Source: Mytilus edulis (Eukaryota). Taken from it: DNA of 64,000 nucleotides. The notes under the pieces were generated by a model. That model was given only the letters and a program-made list of their open reading frames with translations. It did not search any database and was not told where the DNA came from. The stretch covers positions 83,576,001 to 83,640,000 of the forward strand of contig NC_092351.1 of assembly GCF_963676685.1 (NCBI RefSeq), read 5' to 3'. Position 1 is the first letter of the stretch, and each line of letters begins with the position of its first letter. Of the stretch, positions 50,917 through 63,889 are shown one piece after another. The translations under genes were made by a program, and so were the position numbers.

Positions 50917-51122
50917 CTGTAAATTCAGAAATTATTGCGAGGTTTTTATTATTGCGAATAATGCGACTGAGTTGTAAACGCAATAATTAAAACTCGCATT
51001 TTGTAATATTTGAACTGACTTAAGCATGACTTTTCTCAAAATCGTAAAAATTAAAATCACATTCAAGTGTAAAATGACAAAATCGCAATAATAAATGCAC
51101 GCAATAATTTCTGAATTTACAG
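50917..51122. mobile_element. Tc1/mariner-pogo-like MITE, TA TSD, inside the ankyrin ORF
   Basis: TA|CTGTAAATTCAGAAATTATTGCG ... CGCAATAATTTCTGAATTTACAG|TA. Excision restores CYPNICNKNQETPLFKAS. Confidence 0.92.
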
Positions 51123-53331
51123 TATTGGGATAACATTTGTATATTAGCAATAATCGTACTATAGCCGTATTACCATTTCTTGAAGCTGTGATGAGAGGTT
51201 TTTCGTCATCATAATTACATATGTTAGGATTACAATTGTTTTGCATCAATAACTCCACAATGTGTGCGTTAGAGTTATCAACAGCTGTAGAAAGAACCTT
51301 TTTATATGTTTCTATACTGATATCAAGTTCGGTTTTTTGTTGGTTAAAGATGTATTTGACAATTTCGGTATTACCAAAGCAGGTTGCAGCATACAGTGGA
51401 CTTGTATCGGACGAATCACACACCTCAATTTTGCACCTGTGATCAATCAGAAGTTTGGCAATATTGGTTAGCCCAGAGTATGAGGCTATATAAAGAGGTG
51501 TCATGCTTTCTTTATTGAACATGTTTAACTCACACTCATGATGCAATAATAATTCCATAACCTCAAAATGGTTATGAGCAACAGCAATGAAGAGAGGTGT
51601 CTCGTGTCTCTTATTGCAGAGATTGAGCTCACATTTGTGGTGTAGGAGCAATTTAACAATTTCTACGTTTCCTTTCCCAGAAGCGACAAACAGTGGTGTT
51701 TCGTTTTCTTCATTACAGATATTAAAATTACAATCGTAATTTAATAATAATTTGACTATTTCAGTATAACCATGTAAGGCTGCTATATAAATGGAGGTTT
51801 CTTTGTCATTATTGCAAATATTCGGATTAGCGTTATGTTTTAATAATATATTTACAATATCTATAGAACCATTTGAAGCAGCCGAACACAAAGGACTGCT
51901 GATATCAAGATCTGCTTTGTACTCTAACAATAATGCTAGCATATCAATATTACCAGTATGTGAAGCAACTATATCCAGACAGGTTTGATTGTTTGGACTA
52001 AGAGTATTTATATAGTCAGCACCTTCAATCTCATCACTCAAAGGTATATATGCTTTGGTAGCATTTTGCTCTTTATCGTCATAGATGTGTTGTAATAGCA
52101 ACCTCGCTATGTGGATTCTATTTTTAATGCAAGATATAAATAACGCGTTTGCAAGGTTATCATAGAATATATAACGATCACAATAGTGTTGCAACAATAA
52201 TTTTACAACCTGAATATGGTCGTTATGGCAAGCTATCAACAACGGTATTTTGTCTTTTATATTGCAGATATCTGGATTACAATGGTGTTGCAAAAGTAAA
52301 TGAACAATATCAGCATTACCATCTCTCTCGGCTAAATAGAGTGCTGTCTCATTATCTTTATTAAAGAGATCTAGATCATCGGTATGTTCTATTGATGATT
52401 TAAGAATATCTGTTTTACCAGACATCGAGGCGATATGCAAAGCTGTTTTATTGGCCCTGTTACAGATATTTGCAATACACTGGTGTGTCAACAATAATCT
52501 TATTATCTCAATTCGACCATTCATACAGCCATCATAAGCGGTGTGCACCCAAAAGTATCGGCAGCATTTACATTTGCTTCTTTTTTTAACAATAATTTAA
52601 CAACATCTGTTTGACCTGAGAAAGAAGATCGCAACAGAGGCGTTCCTCCATATTTATCACGTATATTTATGTCACAATTCTGGTTTAAAAGTATTTTTAC
52701 AATATCAGCATGACCAACACTGCTCGCTACGTGCAGCGCTGAGTGGTTGAATTCGTTATCATTACTATTTACTTTAACTTGTTGTTCCAATAACGAATTA
52801 ACTGCAGTTATATCACCCTTCTTGCAAGCCAAATAAAAACGTACTGTATCATAACGATTCTTCATAATTTCCCTATCTTTAAATTGTAGCATCATGTCTA
52901 CAATTTTTGTGTAATCATTTTCTACAGCAACGAAGAAAGGTGTTATATTGATTATATTACAAATATTGTAATCGGCGCCATCTTTTAAAAGTTCCTTTGC
53001 AGTATCCGTGTGGTTTGCCATCGAAGTTCTCAAAAGAGGTGTTACATTATCCTCATCGCGGTGATCTGTTTCTGATTTGTACTTTAACAGTAACGTTACA
53101 ATGTCTGTGTAACCTTTTTCCGATGCAATATCAAGAGGTATACGACTGTACTTATCACTCAAATTTGGGTTTCCTTTATATTCTAGTAGTAACTTTACAA
53201 CATCAATAAAACCTCCCTTTGCAGCTTCAAACAGAGGTGTAACATCTCCCCAGCTACCAATATTAGAGTCGGCATTATATAATAGCAGTAGTTTAACTAT
53301 AGCGGCATCTCACTTCAATGCAGCTACATAC

Positions 53332-53384
53332 GTAGATTTACGAGTTTGACTGTCCCTTTGGTATCTTTCGTCCCTCTTTTCTTT
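53332..53384 (+). mobile_element. Extreme 3' tip of the Penelope/Naiad-like repeat, 7-bp TSD TACATAC
   Basis: GATTTACGAGTTTGACTGTCCCTTTGGTATCTTTCGTCCCTCTTTT matches the 3' end at 33197-33240. TACATAC at 53325-53331 and 53385-53391. Confidence 0.85.
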
Positions 53385-53544
53385 TACATACAATGGTGTT
53401 AATTTTCCGATGCTTTTAATGTTTGGATTGGCTTTGTGATAAAGTAATAATCTTACAATATCACTATTACCATTCTCTGAGGCTACATATAGGAAGGTTT
53501 TCAAATTTTCAAATATAAAATCAGGAATAGCTTTATGCTCTAAT

Positions 53545-55193
53545 AGACCTTTTCAACATCTCTCGACACCAACAGTTGAGAACGACCACGACAGGTAAAA
53601 TGTGAAGGGTCGTCTTAAAAATAAAAAATAAATGAATGCATTATTGATTTTATTACTTTCATTGACAATGGTACAATTTTCCTACAGAGTCCAAATAACA
53701 TGGATTTTTTTTATAGTTTATCTTTTGAGGCGTTGAGCTTCTAGCTGTCCTGGTGGAATTTGGAAAATGAAAGAACAAAGCTTGCTTTATTGTGGTTAAA
53801 ATTCAATTAAACAATGTATTATGTCTGTTGACATAGGCGGCACATGTTTCCAAAGTGTCTGTTCGTTTTGGTCATGGGTGCCTCCATAATGTACTCAATA
53901 CTTTGTATTTTTTTTTATTCACCAATTTTGTGTTCCACTTGAATTCTATATTCACCAATTACGCTATTAAAGTTGCTGGGTTTTTTTATCAAATGTTATG
54001 TTTTACGATTAATTTGCGGTGTTGTAAATGGTGTAACTAAAGGATGACGATTTCGATAACTCTAAGGAGAACACACTGTCAGTCCTTCGGGAAATGCAGC
54101 AGACCATTTCTCCTTATTTTGATCCAAAACATCCCTTATGTATGGTTATAGAGGAGATCAAAAAATCTAAAGTACGAAAAAAAAAAGAACTGAAAAAGGT
54201 AAAAAACTTTGTTCCGCAAATTGGATATAGAGAAACACATTCTGACCCGGTGAAAACAAAACAAAATACAACAATGACAGTGTATCAACTTTTTGTAAGA
54301 AACCAAAAGGTCATTTTCAGGAACAGGGGAAGAACAATATTACGAAGGGACAAGGTATGTTGTTTTCGGGACATCAGCCGTTGGTCTCCAAGCCCCTGCT
54401 TAGCACTGACCATATTGATTTTGCAATGTCAACGAGCTCTATAGTGTTAACTAACAACTTGAAATATAAATTCCATACGAATGTATGTAAAAAAAAATGT
54501 ACTGCTTAGATGTTGCAACATTAAAACGAGAAGTCAATTTTATTTTTTTCTTCAAAATTCATCGTATCAACTCTTATAAAATATCTTGAAGCGGAGAAGT
54601 TCGCCGTTGATAAAAATAAAACAACAACAAAATAGCTGTGATATTTTCCTTAGACTTTCAAAATACATATGTGATTATCCATCCAGAAATTGAATATGTA
54701 CATTAACTAAGGTGAAGACCGGTTGAAAATATCAATTTGGTCGTGTTAACAAGTGTGATACGGACATACGGACAGTCCAGTATTTACTCTTTTTTTTGTA
54801 AATTTTGGAAAATTTTATCAAAGCTTTCACACCAACAAATTAATCGTTATTTACTTGCGGCGGCAAATATTTGATAAAAGACTCAAATAATCATAAAATT
54901 GAAGAGAATCGGACCAGGATGCAAAATGGTTGCTGTATTTGTTTTAATCAATTTAACATGAGATTTCGTGTAAATACATACAAAATAAGAAAAGTATATG
55001 ACAGATACATTTATTTATCTATTTGGTTGATATATATGCTGAAGCTATATAGTCAAGACAGTATATAACATCGGCGCGTTCCAATCCAATATGTAACGTA
55101 TTGATAATCATGAAGGTTTTTGTCTTTGAGACGACCCATCCATTTTACCTGTAAACTGTAGTTAGTCGGTGTCGAGAGATGTTGAAAAGGTCT
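53545..55193. mobile_element. Non-autonomous TIR element, probably PIF/Harbinger-ISL2EU-related (PHIS), TSD AAT
   Basis: 26-bp perfect TIR AGACCTTTTCAACATCTCTCGACACC plus an inner inverted block (ACAGGTAAAATG..GGGTCGTCT). AAT on both sides. Removal restores VEILL-EHKAIPD. Confidence 0.85.
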
Positions 55194-55341
55194 AATAGGA
55201 TCTCTACAGTATCAACAAAGCCTTCTGATGACGCTTCATATAATGATGTATCGAATGAACCATCGGTGCTAGTGTTACAATTCACAGCAACATGTTCTGA
55301 TAATAATAGTGTTAGCATGTCACTGAAACCTTGACGAGCCA

Positions 55342-56307
55342 TTGACATCAACAACAGAAAAAGAAAACCAACCTTATACTGTATACCCTATCACAGATGC
55401 TGAAGTAAATGCCACACTGCCATTTTTAACTATTGACGATATCAGTAGTGAGGAAGTTACATTTTATACAGGTTTACCTAATAAGCCGACATTTTATTTA
55501 TTGTATGAACATATTATGTCAAATATAAAAATTGTTGAGCCAGAGACTGGAGGCAGACCTCAAAAACTTAGAGGTGTGGATGAATTATTTATGGTTCTAA
55601 TGCGGTTGCGTCTGGGTTTACTTACTCAGGACTTGGCACGTCGTTTTAATATTTCTGTTTCTACTTGTAGTAAAATATTTAACAAATGGATTGATTTAAT
55701 GTATGAACATTTACATTTTCTTGTTGCCTGGCCTGATAGAGAAACTGTCAAATGTAATATGCCTGACAGTTTTAAAAGGAGGTATCCAAATTGTCGTGTA
55801 ATTATAGATTGTACTGAAATATTCACAGAAATGCCACAGTCATTATCTAATAAAGGAAGAATGTACTCTGACTACAAGTCACATACGACATGGAAAGTTT
55901 TAATAGGAATAAGCCCAAATGGTGTGATTACTCATGTGTCTGACCTTTGGTCAGGTAGTATATCAGATAAACAAATAACAAAATCCAGTGGTCTTATTAA
56001 CAAGTGTGATCCAGGCGATGCAATAATGGGGGATAAAGGATTTCTTATATCTCATATGTGTACTCCGAAAGGAATTTATCTCAAAGTACCACCAACCAAA
56101 AAAAATGGTAAATTGACAAAACATGAAGTTGAAAAAACGAGGAGGATAGCTAATCTTAGAATACATGTTGAGCGTGCCATGGAAAGAATTAAAAACTTCC
56201 GTATAATACAAGGAGTAATGCCAATTTCCATGTCAGAAAAAGTTTCAAAGATTGTATTTATTGTTTGTGCTCTTTGCAATTTGCTACCACCTCTTATTCA
56301 ACAATAA
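55342..56307 (+). CDS. HTH_Tnp_4 + DDE_Tnp_4 (HARBI1/ISL2EU-type) transposase, N-terminally truncated
   Basis: FYTGLP, LFMVLMRLRLG..QDLARRFNIS.STCS.IF..W, IIDCTE, YSDYKSH.T.K.LIGISPNG, G.ISDK, GDKGF, IANLRIHVERA.ERIK.F. D-D-E triad intact. No true start codon or THAP domain seen. Confidence 0.9.
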   Translation: MTSTTEKENQPYTVYPITDAEVNATLPFLTIDDISSEEVTFYTGLPNKPTFYLLYEHIMSNIKIVEPETGGRPQKLRGVDELFMVLMRLRLGLLTQDLARRFNISVSTCSKIFNKWIDLMYEHLHFLVAWPDRETVKCNMPDSFKRRYPNCRVIIDCTEIFTEMPQSLSNKGRMYSDYKSHTTWKVLIGISPNGVITHVSDLWSGSISDKQITKSSGLINKCDPGDAIMGDKGFLISHMCTPKGIYLKVPPTKKNGKLTKHEVEKTRRIANLRIHVERAMERIKNFRIIQGVMPISMSEKVSKIVFIVCALCNLLPPLIQQ

Positions 56308-57632
56308 GTTATAATTGTTTTACTTGTAAATACTTGTCACATGACTGTTTTCACTTTGTCCTTCTGTCAGTAAACAATTTTCAAATACACAAAAACTCCA
56401 AAAAGAAGTACATTGTATAAACAAATGTTTATTTATGACCCAAAATGAAACTATGGATGTTCTACCTTCTATTTTGATATGCATATTAATTTGTGAAAAG
56501 GGAGCTACTTTCAGTAAATAAAAGGCCTATTTTCTGCATGTTTTGGTTAAAAATTAAAATGTTGATGAATATTTCTTTGTAAATACACAACCAACTTCAA
56601 AATATGGATGAAATTCTCTTAAATTGTACATGTATCTATTGATTTTGCATTTATATATATGTATACATGTATAAAGTACATTTAATTAATCTAGTTCTAG
56701 GATTTTAAGAAATGTTTACTTGTAGATACTGTTTACATATATGTATTATTAGCATGATATACAAGGAATAAATTAATATCAACATGATACAAATAAACAT
56801 TTTTTAGCATTGATTGATCCTTTATAGTATGTTGATTTTATAATACTAGGAGATGTGTTGTGATTGCAAATGAGAAAAGTATTCACCAGAAAACCAATGA
56901 CATGTAGTTTGCCTTGAGAACTTCAATAATGAGCAAAACCCATATTCCATCATATCCAGAACATATTTAGCCAAACCATGCATTTACCTGTATAAATAAA
57001 ATGATTTGTGGTTTATACATCTCTGACACAGAACAGCAATCATGACATCCTGATATCTAATATCAGTCACTGTACTTCACAAAATTGTATAGCTTTAAAG
57101 CCTTTTTTAATATTTGAACATGTTGAAGCACATCATGGTGAAAATCTTGTTTTAATGTAGGATAATTTGAACCTTTAATTGCAAATTATACTGTAGGGTT
57201 CAGATTTTTGGTGTTCATTCCAGAATAAATTTCTGACATGACAGTCTTTCAGGTTTACCCATTCTCAGACTTTTTCATTTTTATTTGATCAAGTGACGTC
57301 CATGATTTTCCCTCTACAAATTGAAAAAAAGTTGTATACCACAATAAATTAAAAATGAATGAATCCACAGTAATTTATATGACTTTTCTTGTGTGCATTT
57401 CAGAAATACTATAAGAGAAAGATAACTAAAATTAAATTTTAACATGTTTAATGCGTGTACTCACAACTGCCATGATTATTTTTGGCTAGAATATATAAAT
57501 ATAATCAGGTACATGTATGTAGGTTGTACATGTCTCTTATTCTGGTGTTTAAGTAACATTATGAAATTTTAAAACAATAAATTATCTTTTGTTCGAAAAC
57601 ATTGTTGCACATTTAAGGAATTAGTCGGAGAG

Positions 57633-60265
57633 TTAATTGTACAATTTCAGCCTTCGTTTTACACGGCTTGTAAATAGTTCTGGTACAATGGCACTACAGA
57701 AAAATGCATTTAACTTAGGTAACATGATGTTTTCCCAAAGTTCTTTGTAATAGCATATTCTTTCAAACTCCATTCCTTTATTGGTCCAAACAACAAAGTG
57801 ACACCATGCACGTTTAGTTATAGCTAATTGTCCCTGAACTTGATAATAATAAGAATGACTACGTTTAAGTCTTAAACGCCCAAAATTATCCAGTTCACAA
57901 CAAAAATTGCTCTGCCTTGCCGCTTCCAACGGATGCGTGTCTCTTAGGGCATAAGGACATTTAACCTCAATCACACCATGATATGGATTACAATGTGGAC
58001 AATAGACTAATCCATCAGGAGTAGCACCCAAATGTGGCAAATTCTCATTTATAATGACACCATTTTTTGTAGCTGTGAGTGGTGGATGACTCTCCCTTAC
58101 ACGAATGAGGTAGCTATCAATAGCTATTTGCTCATGATCTTTGCCCCAGCTGATTGCTGCATTTTTGAAACTTGGTGTGTAATCTAAAAGATACTTTATG
58201 AGGTTGTCAGGTTCAGTGTCAACCTTTCTCCTGACAATATTCCCAAACTTTGACGCCGTTAGACGCCCTCTGCGTACCTGTTTCCATAGAGAGTTTTTGT
58301 GTTGCTCTCTTGTAGCTACTTCAATTTTACTACAATCATCCTTTGTTATTTTCAAACTATCAAAATAGGATAAAAAATGTTGAACACACTCAATACTAGT
58401 AATATCAACTGTATCCATGTATGAAAAGTTAATGTTATGAAGTTTTGGCAATGTTGATACACTTGTATTATTCTCACATGAATCTGATATTTGTGGAAAG
58501 TTCATTAACCAGCCAGCATCAGGGTTTACATTCATAAGTCTTTCCTTAAAGCTCAGAATTGCTGGAGTTGACAGATCTTTCGAGAACGATGCATTTACAC
58601 TGTAAAGGGAAACTTTTCTATCGGGAGACTTAAATTTATTGAATACCATTTCTTGAGTTTTTTTTGGAGACAGGTTTCTGTTGCGTGGCTTTATCCATTC
58701 ACAAGCCTTTGAGGTTGGTGCAATCTTGCCAGAATATTTTTGTTGTGTTATGTCTGCTATGCCATATAGAAGAGCTGCTATGTGACTACAGGATTCTCCA
58801 GCCCTGCAAAAAACTTCTATATCAATACTTGTAGTCAAATAACTATAAAAACAAAACAATTGTTGAAACACTTCAAAATAAAACTTTAGTAACAATATAA
58901 ACATTAATTTATTGGAACTAGATTAGAAATAGATAGGAAATGTACATTAAGATAATAAAAATAAACTTGCTTCTACATTATAAAATGGTTGTTATATTAT
59001 TTCCATGCTCTAATTAATGATTAGTAAGTACATGTAATCATTTCATGTTGCTTTAAACATTTATCTTAATTTACAACATGAATCTTGATTGTGAAAATTT
59101 GTAAAATTAATCACATGTTCTTCCTATGACCATATAATATATTTGACACCTACAAGTTAATCTTAATTGGTCCAGTATATTTATTTATTACAGGAAAACA
59201 TGCAATTTTACAGGTACAAAATGTAGTCTGCCTGCACAGCTTGGTCTCATTACCAGCTGATAACAGGAAATAACATATACAGTGACAATGAAATTGAATA
59301 TGATTATTTGATCTAAAAAACAATAGTCATTTATTATGTGCATATTTTTTTTTAATGAATATGTGTAAATGTGCAATAGTAACTGTACTAACAATATAAA
59401 AAAATGTATGTCAACATAACTCAAATGGTTGAATAATGAAGGAAAAAATCCAAATAACTTAATTTTGGAATAATCATACTATTAAAGTCATAAAATGAAA
59501 TAATAGAGGAGATTAAAATCATTAATATTGAAAATATTTTTACGGGTTCATTTTTACATTACAAGATCAACAAAATCAACTTTATTTTATTTCTAGCAGT
59601 AGAATCATTTTATATAAAAATGGAATGCAGGTGATGCATGAACAAATTAATGTTTGCTTTATATTGAGGATTGTTCATACATTTTGCAAAAAAAAATATT
59701 CTAAAGAGACTTACCCTGCTACACAGTTGCACTCAGCATTATGAACTCTCCCAGTAACCTTCGACAAATACACCCAAGTCTGGTATGCTGGCTTCTTTTT
59801 CTTATCCTTTGTTGGTATAGATGGGAGACAGTGGCACTTGATGATACAGTGGGAGCACTTTTCAGATATTTGATGGCAATTAATGTTAGAAATGTGTCCT
59901 TCTTGGTAAAAAACCTTTGTCTTCAGTTGACGTCTATCTCCCAATTCACTGGCATCGTAAGATCTATGTCTACTTAAAACTAAAAAGTTATATAGTTCTT
60001 TGTGTGTAAAGTCCGGAAATTGGTCACAATTAGTTGACCAACCCTCCTTTAATTCTGTTGGACTGGGTAAATGTTCACCTAATGGCGTGAGAAGAGGCGA
60101 CTTTATATCATCTCGGGGTGCATTATTGTTTATGTCTAGGCCCAGATCTTTAGCCCCTTTTGCCCGCTCTATTAATTCAGGCTTATTTCCGAAAGTTGGT
60201 TGGTTACACTTCTTCAGAAAATGCTGTAACACTTTCTTTTTCCAAGTATTGAAGTCACTTGTCAT
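57633..60265 (-). CDS. SWIM zinc finger + YqaJ (lambda-exonuclease family) protein; exons 60265-59715 and 58803-57633; 573 aa
   Basis: A phase-2 GT-AG intron joins AECNCVAG|AGESCSHIAALL (CxC-xn-CxH SWIM). YqaJ motifs: W...R..RLTASKF, WGKDHE, LGATPDG, IEVKCPY, YYYQVQGQL. No internal stops. Confidence 0.9.
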
Positions 60266-61624
60266 TGCTATCTATAAAAACTGTCCTGGTTCACGTAGAT
60301 ATCGATATATAGTAAACTAGTAATTGATGAAGTGGGCGTTGTTATGGACGCTGGTAAGTGTACCTACCGGAAGCAGTAAATCTCCGATAGCGGAGAATGC
60401 CTAAAGGGAAATAACCTAGTTATCGGAAAGGGCTATATAGATAGTGTGGTGCACAGTGTATAGAACCAAAAGAAATTTTGAAAAACATAGCAAATACTAT
60501 TTATTTTTACAATATACAATGTGTTTTTTGTGCAAACATTAAAGGTAGTGAAATAGGCATAATGATGACATCTATTAATTTATAATATACGAGCTAAGTA
60601 GAAATTCCCTGCTATATTTATATCTTTTCTATTTTAAGTATCATATTACTTGGAAATATTGTAAACAGCATTTATAAGAAAAGTATTACTGTAATTATAT
60701 AATATAAGTTGATTGGCATATGATATCTATACCTTTTGTATTTTGATATTTCCTGGGCTATTTTCTATATCACTTAATTTGATTTTAAGCATTATACACA
60801 GATGATGACAGAAAAATGCAACATAACAATAAAAAAAGACAATATACATGTATCAAAATAACATTTCTCTGTGGCTAAGGGAAGCAACTCATATTGATAT
60901 GTTACATACACTTTCATATGAAAAACATCCACTTGTTATCCTTTCATTTATGATATATTCGGAAATTGATTTGATATTGATATTCTAAACAATTTGTGCA
61001 AACAGCAGCTAGTACTGAACACATACAGAAAATTTTATGCATACTTTAATTGAATTCATCATCTAAATTATTTTTGCTCTTGATTTTAAGGGAAGCAATT
61101 CCAGCTTAAAATGTTTTCAAATTATTCATATTCATATTACAGATCTATTTTAAATGAGAATTTCACAATTAACATATTAAAACCACCACGTATGCAATGA
61201 TGTAAAAGAACAAACACTAAAAAGAGAGAAATATTTTTATAAAAACTTAAAACAACCTCAGATCTCAGAATGAATAATCGAGTTAATATATATTCTTTGT
61301 ATGTTTATAATCTTGTATGAATATTGTTAGTGCTTCATAAGCCTCTAAAGGCTGGCTGATATGGTATACTATTGCTAATGTATTGAAATGTAATTGTAAT
61401 TTCATGTATATTGTATCAGGTTGCACTTTATATAAAATAAAATCTAAAATCTATATCAGTTTGATAAACACCAGTTTTGATCATTGAGAAGCTTAATATT
61501 CCTTTTACAACACAACGTAATACAAACAATCAGCTGACTCTACAAAGTAATATCCCTGAAGTGTTAGGTACCACTTTAAGACATCCCCAGTTGACAGATG
61601 TCAAAATCTTTTAAATTTTATTAT

Positions 61625-61765
61625 GAAAGAAACCAATGACATTAACTTGACAAACGAACCAATGATATTACCTTGAAAAACGAACCAATGAAATTAACTT
61701 GAAAAACTAACGAATGATATTAACTTGACAAACGAACCAATGATAATACCTTGAAAAACGAACGG
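61625..61765. repeat. ~26-bp tandem repeat (AAACGAACCAATGATATTAACTTGA[C/A])
   Basis: About 5 units directly visible. Confidence 0.75.
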
Positions 61766-62097
61766 TAATTGACTGCACTCAAAACAGAACGGGACCAGCA
61801 GCGTTGACATGGTAGTCTTAATATACATGTATCTTTTGAATAGTGCAAATTCTACAATGACTTGTAGGGAAAATCAGCGGTAATTCGATAAGAGCAATTA
61901 ATAATCAGTTCGGTTTGAATTTTTGGGGAAAATAAGAATAATCATGAGGGAACGCCATTTAGTATATAAGATTTTAAAAACAGAAATTGATTCTTTATGT
62001 AACTGCTGTTTGAGGTGAGGCATCATCTTGTCTATGTTTCATTGTAATGTTAATGAAGAAAGTTATTATTTAAAAAAAATTCAATAGGTCTATGCAA

Positions 62098-62582
62098 TAT
62101 GGGGACGAAGTCCCCAATAACAGTAGAAAATTCAATAAAAAAAAAAAATCGGGAAAATTTCCCGAATTTTCCATTGTACTAATGAACTCAAAAGCATTCA
62201 AATTTTTTTATGTCATGTTTTGGAATCCCGGACCTGCGCAGAAATCTACAATGTACTTCCTTTTTCCGGTTTTTTTTTTTAATGAATCTTTGAGTAAAAT
62301 ATATATTTACCAGTCTATTATAAATAGGAAGGAACGCAATACCAATTTCATTTTTAATAATTCCTTGATATGAAAAAACGTTACCTGATGGTAGCGTTTC
62401 TTTATTTACATTGCATATGACGTCATAACTTAAATAACGTCACAACTTAAATCCCTAACAACAGAACCAAAATCGGAAACGTTACGGTATTTCCGTTTCT
62501 TTTTTTAACAAATATTTAAGTTACAAAAAAAATAATTCATACAGACTTCGTCCCCATTTACAGGTAATGCCTGCCTCATATT
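62098..62582 (+). mobile_element. HINE-like non-autonomous element, copy 1
   Basis: ATGGGGACGAAGTC ... GACTTCGTCCCCAT subterminal inverted repeat plus 3' hairpin CAGG-TAATG-CCTG. Confidence 0.65.
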
Positions 62583-62861
62583 ATGTTAATCTCTTACTAA
62601 ATCGCACTGAGCCACACAATATGAAACTGAAAACAGGAAATTCAACTGGTATGACTATAATTGTTTATATTTTCATTTTTTTTTTGTAAAATCATATTTT
62701 CACAACAGATGTTAAATACTTGACATTTGATGACTGTTTGATTCAAATAAGATTAAAAACCATCTCATATATTTGAAAACCGGAGACAGTATTTATATAC
62801 AGAAATTTTATTATAAGTTCAACTTCTTAAATTAGACCAAATTAGAAATCAAAATAAATAC

Positions 62862-63140
62862 ATATATATATACAACTCGTCTAAACATCAACCCAACAAT
62901 GTTAGATCTATAAATTTGCTTTCGCAATTTTTTTGTTCTTCCCTCGCCGGGATTCGAACCCATGCTCCTGTGATATTGTGACACCAAATCGCCTGCACTG
63001 CAGCCGTACCTCTAGACCACACGAACACCTGAGCTCTACATATAATAAAGCTTTCAGTGGCCGTGTGTTACCTTTCTTCGTCAGTTTAAATCTAGCGGCG
63101 TACTACAGTACATGATGTATAAGGCATATATATATATACG
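62862..63140 (-). mobile_element. Pol III tRNA-related repeat flanked by (TA)n
   Basis: GTGTGGTCTAG A-box-like and GGTTCGAATCCC B-box on the minus strand; homologous to 29010-29220. Confidence 0.65.
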
Positions 63141-63196
63141 TCAATTATTGGGTTTATTAAATTAACTTAAAATATTAACAAAACAGTATTTATTAT

Positions 63197-63649
63197 ATGG
63201 GGACGAAGTCCTCAATAACAGTAGAAAAATCAATGAAATTTTTCCCGAAATTTTCATTGTACTAATGAACTCAAAATCGTTCAATTTTTTTTATGTCACG
63301 TTTTGAATATCCGCATCTGCGCAGAAATCTACAATGTATTTCCTTTTTCCGGTCTCGTTTGTATGAAACTTTGAGTAAAATATATATTTATCAGTCTAGT
63401 ATAAAATAGGAAGGAACCCAAAACCAATTTCATTTTTAATAATTCCTTGACATGAAAAAACGTTACCTTTTTTTACATCGCATATGGCGTCATAACTTTA
63501 ATAACGTCACAACTAAAATCCCTAACAACAGAACCAAAATCGGAAACGTTACGGTATTTCCTTTTCTTTTATTTAACAAATATTTAAGTTACAAAAAAAT
63601 AATTCATACAGACTTCGTCCACATTTCCAGGTAGTGCTTGCCTCATATT
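63197..63649 (+). mobile_element. HINE-like non-autonomous element, copy 2
   Basis: Collinear and highly similar to 62098-62582. Confidence 0.65.
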
Positions 63650-63845
63650 AATTTTTTATTGTTATCGAAATATTTTTGTGATATCCGCCTAAGATAGTTG
63701 GTTATGTCCGTCGGTACGTCCTTTCGGTTTAGATAGAATATCCTTAGCAGTATTATATATATTTGACACAACTTGTTTTGGAATTTTAGGTCTGATATGC
63801 TCTTCAACTATACACTTGTTTGGCTTTTTAACTTCTGTTATCTGA

Positions 63846-63889
63846 GCGTCACTGATGAGTCTTTTGTAGACGAAATGCGCGTCTGGCGT
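63846..63889 (+). ncRNA. Minimal type I hammerhead ribozyme in a retrozyme fragment (~63730-63920)
   Basis: GCGUCA-CUGAUGA-GUC(UUUUGUA)GAC-GAAA-U(GCGC)G-UC^UGGCGU. Confidence 0.8.

Larger units (their letters stand above)
50409..55341 (-). pseudogene. Long ankyrin-repeat protein gene, disrupted and 5'-truncated
   Basis: Many TPLxxAxxxGxxxIVxLLL repeats in ORFs 50409-50843, 50932-52548, 52521-53162, 53310-53504 and 55145-55354. Lesions: MITE 50917-51122, 1-nt frameshift at ~52540, TGA 53312-53310, 60-bp retro-insertion, and a 1.65-kb TIR element. Removing the insertions restores in-frame ankyrin sequence. Confidence 0.9.
55342..60434 (+). mobile_element. ISL2EU DNA transposon, left end missing
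   Basis: Convergent DDE_Tnp_4 transposase and SWIM-YqaJ exonuclease genes are the ISL2EU signature. Candidate right end ...TATCGGAAAGGGCT|AT at 60434. Confidence 0.8.

Noticed and set aside
53310-53312. In-frame TGA in ankyrin (and 1907-1909 in Academ) as selenocysteine
   Set aside because: Both lie in ORFs with other disabling lesions. The ankyrin TGA replaces the conserved Gly (GGA). No SECIS was recognised.
54094-55068. ORFs inside the 1.65-kb TIR element
   Set aside because: No recognisable transposase or other domain motifs; short and AT-rich.
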